A stretch of 64,000 nt of DNA from Bacillota bacterium (lineage in GTDB: Bacteria > Bacillota > Sulfobacillia > Fermentithermobacillales > Fermentithermobacillaceae): contig JAXGPX010000002.1 in NCBI GenBank assembly GCA_040766745.1, positions 317,248-381,247 on the forward strand, read 5' to 3'. The notes under the pieces are model-generated. The model was not told where the DNA came from, did no database searches, and saw only the letters and a program-made list of their open reading frames with translations. Positions 57,078-64,000 of this stretch are shown in pieces. Made by a program: the position numbers and the translations under genes. Each line of letters starts with the position of its first letter. Within the stretch, counting starts at the first letter, position 1.

Positions 57078-58523
57078 ATGGCAATGGATCTAAGACGGGT
57101 TTCAGGGCAACAGTGCCATTGGATTATGCCCAAAAAGGACGGCATGAAAGTAGACGGAATTGTGTATGGAACAAAGGAGATTATCCAAGACCTGGAGGGG
57201 ACTAAGGCTCTAGAGCAAGTAAGAAACGTTGCATACTTGCCCGGCATACTCCAGGCGTCTCTGGCCATGCCTGATATCCATGAAGGATATGGGTTTCCAA
57301 TAGGCGGAGTTGCTGCGACAGATTTGGATAGCGGTGTCATAAGCCCAGGCGGAATCGGATACGACATAAATTGCGGTGTTAGGCTAATGGTTTCTAGCCT
57401 TACCCGGCCTGAAGCAGAGAAGCATATTGAGAGACTGGTAGAAGCTTTCTTTGCAAGAATTCCGTCAGGCGTAGGGAGGGAAGGGGCAATCCGCCTTTCA
57501 AAAAAGGAACTTGAAGGCGTCCTGACACAGGGTGCGAAATGGGCGGTTAAGAAAGGGTATGGCTGGAACGGGGACTTAGAGCATTCTGAAGAGCAAGGCG
57601 CAATGGATGGGGCAGACCCCGGCAATGTATCTGAGCGCGCCCTCAAGCGTGGAAGCAGCGGATTGGGGACCTTAGGTTCAGGCAATCACTTTGTTGAAGT
57701 AAGTTTCGTTGAACAGATCTTTAATAAGCAGGCAGCAGAGGCCTTCGGACTCTTTCCGGATCAGGTTGTTTTCTGGGTCCATTCAGGATCTCGGGGCCTT
57801 GGCCACCAGGTATGCACTGACTACCTCACCGTAATGAGGAGGGCTGTCCCCAAATACGGCATATCTTTACCTGACAGGCAGCTAGACTGCGCTCCGGCCA
57901 TGTCTGATGAAGGCAGACGGTATTTCTCGGCAATGGCCGCAGCTGCCAACTACGCTTGGGCAAACAGGCAGATCTTGGCCCATTACGTGAGGGAATCTAC
58001 CGGAAAGGTATTTGGAAAAAGCCCTGAGAGCCTGGGAATGCACTTGCTTTATGATGTAGCACATAACATTGGGAAGATAGAAGAGCACAGGGTAGGCGGA
58101 AGCAACCGGAAGGTGCTTGTACACAGGAAAGGCGCAACCAGGGCGTTCGGCCCCGGGCACATAGATGTGCCTGAAAGGTACAGGAATCTTGGCCAGCCGG
58201 TCTTAATACCCGGTGACATGGGAACAGGCTCATATATTCTCATAGGCACTGAAGAAGCCATGGAATTCTCATTTGGATCTGCGTGTCATGGAGCAGGAAG
58301 GGCCCTTTCCAGGACTCAGGCCAAGAATACTATTTCGGCCAAGGAACTAAGGGATCAGCTGGCGAGCCACGGTGTTTATGTGAGGTCTGCCACTGTGAAA
58401 GGGCTTGTAGAAGAGGCGCCTGATGCCTATAAAGATGTAGATTCAGTGGTAGAGGCCACTAGCTGTGCCGGACTTGCCGAGAGGGTAGCTAGAGTGCGCC
58501 CTATGGGGGTAATAAAAGGGTAG
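57078..58523 (+). CDS. rtcB: RNA-splicing ligase RtcB
   Basis: RtcB metal-binding motifs (GYDINCGVRL, HSGSRGLGHQ, SACHGAGR). 481 aa. Confidence 0.9.
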   Translation: MAMDLRRVSGQQCHWIMPKKDGMKVDGIVYGTKEIIQDLEGTKALEQVRNVAYLPGILQASLAMPDIHEGYGFPIGGVAATDLDSGVISPGGIGYDINCGVRLMVSSLTRPEAEKHIERLVEAFFARIPSGVGREGAIRLSKKELEGVLTQGAKWAVKKGYGWNGDLEHSEEQGAMDGADPGNVSERALKRGSSGLGTLGSGNHFVEVSFVEQIFNKQAAEAFGLFPDQVVFWVHSGSRGLGHQVCTDYLTVMRRAVPKYGISLPDRQLDCAPAMSDEGRRYFSAMAAAANYAWANRQILAHYVRESTGKVFGKSPESLGMHLLYDVAHNIGKIEEHRVGGSNRKVLVHRKGATRAFGPGHIDVPERYRNLGQPVLIPGDMGTGSYILIGTEEAMEFSFGSACHGAGRALSRTQAKNTISAKELRDQLASHGVYVRSATVKGLVEEAPDAYKDVDSVVEATSCAGLAERVARVRPMGVIKG

Positions 58524-58656
58524 ACGTTGTGAGCATGAGGCAACCTGGGGGCAGGCCACGGCAGGTTAGCAGTTAACATGTGTAGAATCATGAAGGGGAT
58601 ACATTGATAATTCCAGGCAGCCGTATGCAAGGCAATACCAGAAAGGGGACGCAGGT

Positions 58657-59466
58657 ATGACCGTCACTGACAGGAAGGCAGATATTGCGGTTATAGGGGG
58701 AACCGGCTTTTATAAGTTTCTGGATGATGTTACTGAGATCCAAGTAAATACTCCCTACGGTTTCACATCTGATCGAATATCCCTCGGGTCGCTTTCAGGC
58801 AAGAAGATTGCTTTCCTACCAAGACATGGAAAGCAGCACCAGTACCCGCCTCATATGGTAAACTACAGGGCCAATTTGTGGGCACTTAAGCAGCTTGGGG
58901 TATCACAGGTTCTTGGGCCTTGTGCAGTGGGCAGCCTGCAGCCTGATGTGCACCCGGGAGACTTTGTTTTTTGCGATCAATTTGTGGATAGAACTACAGG
59001 CAGAAAAGATACGTTTTATGATGGGCCAAAGACGGTTCACCTGAGCTCTGCTGATCCGTACTGCCAGGAATTACGTGAGATCGGCATAGAAGCCGCCAGG
59101 GAACTTGGCTTGCGCTATCACCCTACCGGCACAATGGTAGTAATTCAAGGCCCGAGATTTTCCACCAGGGCAGAATCTAAATGGTTCTCGTCTATGGGAT
59201 GGAAGGTCGTCAACATGACCGGCTACCCCGAGGTCATGCTGGCACGGGAATTGGGCATGTGTTATTTGAACGTATCGCTGATAACAGATTACGATGCCGG
59301 CCTTGAAGGAAGAGATGACATAAAACCTGTAACCGCAGAAGAAGTAACCAAGGTGTTCATGGAACATAATGAGCTGTTGAAGAAACTTATGGCAAAGATC
59401 ATTGATGCAGTTCCAGCTGACCGCCATTGCTCATGCCACCACGAGCTCGAAAGAATCATGTCTTGA
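58657..59466 (+). CDS. mtnP: S-methyl-5'-thioadenosine phosphorylase (PNP family)
   Basis: PNP/MTAP fold (ADIAVIGGTGF...). Adjacent to mtnA. Confidence 0.8.
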   Translation: MTVTDRKADIAVIGGTGFYKFLDDVTEIQVNTPYGFTSDRISLGSLSGKKIAFLPRHGKQHQYPPHMVNYRANLWALKQLGVSQVLGPCAVGSLQPDVHPGDFVFCDQFVDRTTGRKDTFYDGPKTVHLSSADPYCQELREIGIEAARELGLRYHPTGTMVVIQGPRFSTRAESKWFSSMGWKVVNMTGYPEVMLARELGMCYLNVSLITDYDAGLEGRDDIKPVTAEEVTKVFMEHNELLKKLMAKIIDAVPADRHCSCHHELERIMS

Positions 59467-59479
59467 GAGGTGGCCCAAT

Positions 59480-60556
59480 ATGATACCTGCTATCAAGTGG
59501 GATAATGGGGTCCTGTCGTTATTGGACCAAAGGCTTCTGCCTGAGCGAATTGAGTATGTTGAATGCAATGATTACAAGCAGGCGGCTAAAGCCATTAAGG
59601 ATATGGTAGTACGTGGAGCGCCTGCTATAGGTATAGCCGGAGGCTATGGTGTTGCCCTGGCAGTAGAAGAGGCTGTAGGTGAGTTTGGCTCTGGCCCAGG
59701 CGACACAAGCACCATGGCCAAAACAGAAGAGTTCTTACGACAGGCCGGTACATACCTGGCTTCTGCAAGGCCCACGGCTGTAAACTTACCCTGGGCTGTT
59801 GGCCGTGTGCTCAGTAAGGCAATATTCTCCCTTAATGCTGACGGAATAATCAAAGCATTGGAAGTTGCCCGGTCTGAGGCCAGGGCAGTGGAACTTGAAG
59901 ACATTGAGATTAACCACAAGATAGGTTCTAATGGTTCAGCCCTCATTAAGCCGGGTTCCAGAGTCCTCACACACTGTAATGCAGGGGCTCTAGCCACAGG
60001 TGGCTGGGGTACCGCCCTGGGCATAGTGCGCCAGGCGTGGTCCGAGGGCAAAATCTCAATGGTATATGCAGATGAGACCCGGCCTTTTCTTCAAGGTGCC
60101 AGGCTTACTGCATGGGAGCTTATGCAAGACGGGATTGATGTAACGGTGCTGGTTGACAGTGCCGCCGGGTACTTGATATCCCAGGGAAATGTTGATGCAG
60201 TCATTGTTGGCGCAGATCGAATCGCAGCAAACGGGGATACAGCCAACAAAATTGGAACATATACGCTGGCTTGTTTATGCCGGCAACACTGTATACCATT
60301 CTACGTTGCAGCCCCTGTCTCTACATTTGACCTGAATTTGAACAGCGGCAGCGAGATACCTGTTGAACAACGGGCCGAAGCCGAAGTTCTCGAGTTTATG
60401 GGCCGCCCGGTGGCTCCCAAGGGAGTAAGGGCGTTTAATCCATCCTTTGATGTGACTCCGGGGGACATGATTTCCGCTATAATTACAGAGAGGGGTGTCA
60501 TATCTCCTATATCGGAAGAAAACATCAAGAGGGCCATGCCCGGTTTGAACCCATAG
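59480..60556 (+). CDS. mtnA: methylthioribose-1-phosphate isomerase (eIF2B-related)
   Basis: MIPAIKWDNGVLSLLDQRLLP... is typical of MtnA. GAGAGGTGG RBS. The listed 59402 start is an upstream in-frame extension. Confidence 0.85.
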   Translation: MIPAIKWDNGVLSLLDQRLLPERIEYVECNDYKQAAKAIKDMVVRGAPAIGIAGGYGVALAVEEAVGEFGSGPGDTSTMAKTEEFLRQAGTYLASARPTAVNLPWAVGRVLSKAIFSLNADGIIKALEVARSEARAVELEDIEINHKIGSNGSALIKPGSRVLTHCNAGALATGGWGTALGIVRQAWSEGKISMVYADETRPFLQGARLTAWELMQDGIDVTVLVDSAAGYLISQGNVDAVIVGADRIAANGDTANKIGTYTLACLCRQHCIPFYVAAPVSTFDLNLNSGSEIPVEQRAEAEVLEFMGRPVAPKGVRAFNPSFDVTPGDMISAIITERGVISPISEENIKRAMPGLNP

Positions 60557-60558
60557 GG

Positions 60559-60609
60559 GCATATGTAGACAGCAGACAGCGAACTGCATATGCGTGCATT
60601 GATTTTTTT
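60559..60609 (+). terminator. possible intrinsic terminator after mtnA
   Basis: GCATATG...CATATGC 7-bp stem followed by GATTTTTTTGG. Confidence 0.35.
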
Positions 60610-60640
60610 GGCATAGAGATGGATACCGGAGGAGGAGAAC

Positions 60641-61060
60641 ATGGAACCTGCAAGAAGATTCGTTGATTCAGGTTGGCGGTTGACAATCCCCAAAGCAATG
60701 CGCCAGAGCCTGGGGTGGGCTGAAAACACCCTGGTATGCCTTCATTGGGATGGCTTTGAGATTACCATCAAGGCTCCCTTTGCCGGTTGCAGTAAGTGTC
60801 CGGATATAAGCCGTATAGGCGCGCTTGGCAAGCTGGTGATTCCTCAGCGGGTAAGAGAGGAAGCAGGACTTTATCCTGGGCAGATCCTGACGCTGGCCAT
60901 TGAAGACAGACAGGTTATTGTATCTACAGGTGACAAGCAGGTACGCTGTAGCGCATGTGGTTCCGAACTTGACGTCAGAAAAGTCCTTCCAAATGTACAT
61001 TTGTGTACAACATGCCGGGATAAGCTCCAATCGGCAGCAGGCAAGTCCAGAAAAGCGTAA
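60641..61060 (+). CDS. tandem-AbrB/SpoVT-fold (x2) protein with C-terminal CxxC...CxxC zinc ribbon
   Basis: Two swapped-hairpin-like segments (GWRLTIPKAMRQSLGW; GKLVIPQRVREEAGL) then CSACGSELD...LCTTCRDK. Strong GGAGGAGGAG RBS. Confidence 0.65.
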   Translation: MEPARRFVDSGWRLTIPKAMRQSLGWAENTLVCLHWDGFEITIKAPFAGCSKCPDISRIGALGKLVIPQRVREEAGLYPGQILTLAIEDRQVIVSTGDKQVRCSACGSELDVRKVLPNVHLCTTCRDKLQSAAGKSRKA

Positions 61061-61083
61061 CTATTCCAAGGGTGGTATGGTTC

Positions 61084-61524
61084 GTGGAGAATGAAAAACT
61101 AGATAAGCAACACGTACGTACTCTTACTACCGGATGGAGGCTTACCCTTCCTGCCCAACTAAGGAGGGCTCTCGGTTGGGAACAGGGCACTATGCTCAGG
61201 GTCACGGTTACAGGTGATCAGCTGGCATTATCCAAAGGAGCAGATGTGCCTCAAGGAAGTCCCGCAAGTAACAGTAATTCGGGTTCAACCTGTTATATTG
61301 GGTCCGGTGGGAAGATAGTAATACCTTCTGAGGTTAGGGAGTTAACAGGCTGGCAAGTTGGTGAAAGGCTTTCTGTTAGAAATCAGGGCCAAGAAATAGT
61401 CATATCTCCATGCTGTCAAAAGCACAGATGCCGTTCATGTGGGAGTCTGCATGGTGTAACTGAAGTAATCGACAACCTGTTTTTGTGTTCAGATTGCTGG
61501 AGCCGGTACCTGCTGAAAAACTGA
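61084..61524 (+). CDS. paralogous tandem-AbrB-fold protein with C-terminal zinc ribbon
   Basis: GWRLTLPAQLRRALGW and GKIVIPSEVRELTGW, followed by CCQKHRCRSCGS...CSDCW. Probable GTG start at 61084 with AAGGGTGG 8 nt upstream. Confidence 0.6.
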   Translation: MENEKLDKQHVRTLTTGWRLTLPAQLRRALGWEQGTMLRVTVTGDQLALSKGADVPQGSPASNSNSGSTCYIGSGGKIVIPSEVRELTGWQVGERLSVRNQGQEIVISPCCQKHRCRSCGSLHGVTEVIDNLFLCSDCWSRYLLKN

Positions 61525-61694
61525 TTTACACCTGGGAATTACTACTGTAGACTGTAAAGGCAAGTTGTATGCTCTGCGTTATTGCCTGCTACAGGAGTTG
61601 TCTAGCATCTGGTTTTAGGAGTGGCTCGATTACGGAAGTATATGTGGCTAGGTGGCATAGAATTAAGCTGAACGGGGGAGCGGAGGCGAGGCCT

Positions 61695-62141
61695 GTGTGG
61701 AAAGAATTCAAGGAGTTTGCCCTAAAGGGTAATGTCATCGATCTTGCCATTGGCGTAGTCATCGGTGGAGCCTTTGGCAAAATAGTCAGTTCTATGGTCA
61801 ATGATTTGATAATGCCGTTAGTTTCCCTATTCACCGGTAGAATGGATTTTACTAACTGGTTCGTGGCCCTTGACGGAGTGGCCTACAAGACACTGGAAGA
61901 GGCTAAAGAAGCAGGTGCAGCCACACTCAACTATGGCAATTTCCTCACCGTAGTCGTAGATTTCCTGATTATTGCTTTTGCCCTTTTCTTGATTGTAAAG
62001 CAGATCAACAGAGCAAGAGCCAAGAAGGCAGCTCCGGCCGAGGTACCTGCTGAGCCTACGACCAAGGCCTGTCCTTTCTGCCAGAGTGAGATATCTGTAA
62101 AGGCGGTTAAGTGCCCACATTGCACTTCAGATTTGAAGTAG
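61695..62141 (+). CDS. mscL: large-conductance mechanosensitive channel MscL with C-terminal zinc-ribbon tail
   Basis: KEFKEFALKGNVIDLAIGVVIGGAFGKIVSSMVNDLIMP is the MscL signature. The C-terminus has CPFCQ...CPHC. Probable GTG start at 61695 after GGAGG; the listed 61569 start adds 42 unrelated residues. Confidence 0.8.
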   Translation: MWKEFKEFALKGNVIDLAIGVVIGGAFGKIVSSMVNDLIMPLVSLFTGRMDFTNWFVALDGVAYKTLEEAKEAGAATLNYGNFLTVVVDFLIIAFALFLIVKQINRARAKKAAPAEVPAEPTTKACPFCQSEISVKAVKCPHCTSDLK

Positions 62142-62290
62142 CAAGTCTGCGGCAACAGAAAAGTATATTGCACGCGGAGGCAGCACTTGGCTACCGGCAA
62201 TGCAGTTAGCCAATTCATGGTAAATTACAAGCATTGGTTTGTGGGTTCTTGCGCGAGCACTTATTGCAAGATATAATTAGTCTGCAAAGA

Positions 62291-62365
62291 GCGAGAGTAG
62301 TTTAGTGGTAGAACATCGGCTTCCCAAGCCGAGGGCCGCGGGTTCGAATCCCGTCTCTCGCTCCA
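62291..62365 (+). tRNA. tRNA-Gly (anticodon CCC)
   Basis: GCGAGAGTAGTTTAGTGGTAGAAC..TCGGC-TTCCCAA-GCCGA..GCGGG-TTCGAAT-CCCGT-CTCTCGC-T-CCA. Confidence 0.85.
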
Positions 62366-62376
62366 AATTTTTAAGA

Positions 62377-62451
62377 GCCGGCGTAGCTCAACGGCAGAGC
62401 AACGGTTTCGTAAACCGTAGGTTAAGGGTTCGATTCCCTTCGCCGGCTCCA
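62377..62451 (+). tRNA. tRNA-Thr (anticodon CGT)
   Basis: GCCGGCGTAGCTCAACGGCAGAGC..ACGGT-TTCGTAA-ACCGT..AAGGG-TTCGATT-CCCTT-CGCCGGC-T-CCA. Confidence 0.85.
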
Positions 62452-62492
62452 TGTCATTCACCCTAAGTACTGATCAAACCGCTAATAATCCT

Positions 62493-64000
62493 TCATGCGT
62501 GCCGTAATACCATTCCGGGGCGACTTCCGGTATGGCGGCCGTCTTCAACCACGGGGATACCGTTTACCACAACCCAGTAAACCCCGACAGCGTACTGGTG
62601 GGGTTCAATGAATGTAGCCTTATCCAGTATCTCTTTGTCATCAAACAGTACCAGGTCAGCTCGCATGCCTTCCCGCAAGATACCACGATCCTGCAGTCCC
62701 AAACGCATGGCAGGAAGTGAGGTCATCTTTCTAATGCCTTCTTCTAATTTGAAAAGGTTTGCCTCGCGGACATATCTTGCCAAAATTCTGGCGAAAGTTC
62801 CATAGTTTCTTGGATGAGGCTGCCCCTTGGCTGTATCGATGTTGATGGAACTGCCATCAGAACCTGCCATAACCCAGGGCTGACTCATTACTGTTTTCAC
62901 GTCTTCTTCGCACATGGCAAAATTGACGATTTGGACAATTCCGCCGTTCCTTTCAAGCAAGCCCAGGCATGCTTCTTCAGGCGAGATTTCGAGTGCTTCG
63001 CCAACTTCCTGTACGCTCTTGCCAATGAATCTGAGGTCATCTTCATTCTTCAAAGAAGCTATGACAAGATTTCCCCAGGTCTCGCGCCCTGATATCGCCT
63101 CAAGGATTTTCTTGCGTTCAGCCGGATCTTTGAATCTCTTCAAGCCTTCTTCACGGCTTCCTGCCCACACCCAAGATGGAAGCGATGAGCCAAGCCCAGT
63201 TGAAGACGCAATATATGGGTACTGGTCGGCTGTAATGTCCAGGCCGTTTTTTCTGGCCTCTTCAATCATGGCTATGGCCTTGGCGGGCTTTCCCCAGTTT
63301 TGCTTGCCCATACCCTTAAAGTGAGAGATCTGAACTGGGATATTTGCTTCAAATCCGATCTTTATGGCTTCTTCAAGAGACTCAAGGAGACGGTCTCCTT
63401 CATTTCTCATATGTGTAAAGTAGATACCTCTGTAATCAGCAGCTACTTTTGCCAGTTCGATTACTTCACTGGTATCCGAGTATGTTCCTGGAACATAAAT
63501 TAGCCCGGTCGAGATACCAAACGCTCCTTGCTCCATGGCATCTGATACTAGTTTCTTCATGAGGGCTAGTTCCTCAGGAGTAGCGAGGCGCTTATCTGCA
63601 CCCATAACTTGCCTTCTAACGGTTCCGTGGCCTACCAGAGCCGCAACGTTGATGCTGACCCCCTGTTCTTCAAGTACTTTGATGTACGACTCCATGTCTG
63701 TCCAGGCCGGAGACTCTTCATCTTCACCTGTATCCTCATCAGGCCTGAATCCCAGGCCTCTTGGGGCTGCCGATGAGCCGCATTGCCCGATAACTTCTAG
63801 GGTTACTCCCTGCATTATCTTGCTGTTGGCAGTGGGGTTGGCTACCAAAACCGAGTCTGAGTGTGAATGGGCATCTATGAAACCTGGAGATAAACACTTC
63901 CCGTCTGCGTCTACAACCTTCTTGGATTCTTCAGTGACTTTTCCTACTTTCACAATGTACCCGTCTTTGACGGCCACATCAGCCCGGAACCATGGGGCCC
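62493..64000 (-). CDS. N-acyl-D-amino-acid deacylase (D-aminoacylase) family amidohydrolase; N-terminus beyond window end
   Basis: Amidohydrolase metal motif GFIDAHSHSD. The listed ORF starts at M 63977, but the frame stays open to 64000, reading ...PWFRADVAVKDGYIV, which matches the conserved D-aminoacylase N-terminal region. Confidence 0.75.
   Translation of the reverse strand, partial: APWFRADVAVKDGYIVKVGKVTEESKKVVDADGKCLSPGFIDAHSHSDSVLVANPTANSKIMQGVTLEVIGQCGSSAAPRGLGFRPDEDTGEDEESPAWTDMESYIKVLEEQGVSINVAALVGHGTVRRQVMGADKRLATPEELALMKKLVSDAMEQGAFGISTGLIYVPGTYSDTSEVIELAKVAADYRGIYFTHMRNEGDRLLESLEEAIKIGFEANIPVQISHFKGMGKQNWGKPAKAIAMIEEARKNGLDITADQYPYIASSTGLGSSLPSWVWAGSREEGLKRFKDPAERKKILEAISGRETWGNLVIASLKNEDDLRFIGKSVQEVGEALEISPEEACLGLLERNGGIVQIVNFAMCEEDVKTVMSQPWVMAGSDGSSINIDTAKGQPHPRNYGTFARILARYVREANLFKLEEGIRKMTSLPAMRLGLQDRGILREGMRADLVLFDDKEILDKATFIEPHQYAVGVYWVVVNGIPVVEDGRHTGSRPGMVLRHA

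Noticed and set aside
54294-57685. Long antisense ORFs inside gyrA and rtcB (54294-54914, 55278-55796, 55842-56231, 56957-57685)
   Set aside because: Ser/Pro/Ala-rich low-complexity translations antisense to strongly supported genes, typical of GC-biased non-coding frames.
58524-58656. S-box (SAM) riboswitch upstream of mtnP-mtnA
   Set aside because: I looked for the conserved S-box core helices and did not find them. The spacer has only a weak AACCTG/CAGGTT hairpin.

Overview
This 64 kb window is the replication-origin region of a Firmicute, class Clostridia. The gene content (SCIFF peptide, bofA, yyaC, several sigma-54 elements, ~50% GC) suggests a spore-forming Peptococcaceae/Desulfotomaculum-like organism. 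The core is the conserved oriC neighbourhood on the + strand (rpmH/rnpA/yidD/yidC/jag/mnmE/mnmG/rsmG/noc-like/soj/spo0J are on the - strand upstream of it): dnaA, dnaN, recF, a DUF721 gene, gyrB and gyrA, with DnaA-box clusters both upstream of dnaA and between dnaA and dnaN. Further left is a second block syntenic with Bacillus subtilis: bofA, yaaL, recR, ybaB, dnaX, SRP RNA and tadA, followed by a minus-strand cluster of six tRNAs. Leftward still are dnaB, a Lon-family protease, rplI, yybS and rpsR-ssb-rpsF. Accessory content includes: (1) at the left edge a kdd-kamA lysine-fermentation operon with an apparent sigma-54 promoter, a 20-bp palindromic upstream site and a divergent PAS-domain sigma-54 activator; (2) a speE-speB-argS operon; (3) a class A PBP, an HtrA protease and murA; (4) a SCIFF ribosomal peptide with its radical-SAM/SPASM maturase, flanked by two LysM/M23 peptidases; (5) a bactofilin-M23 peptidase pair next to alr; (6) archease-rtcB and mtnP-mtnA; (7) two tandem paralogous genes encoding double AbrB-fold domains fused to a C-terminal zinc ribbon, immediately upstream of an mscL that also carries a Zn-ribbon tail. 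A ~30-nt palindromic repeat element occurs in at least three copies. RNA genes found by hand, not by the ORF track: SRP RNA, four tRNA-Ser, two tRNA-Arg, tRNA-Gly and tRNA-Thr; hand-found small CDS the track missed or mis-started: rpmH and the SCIFF peptide. Hand-derived coordinates may be off by 1-2 nt.
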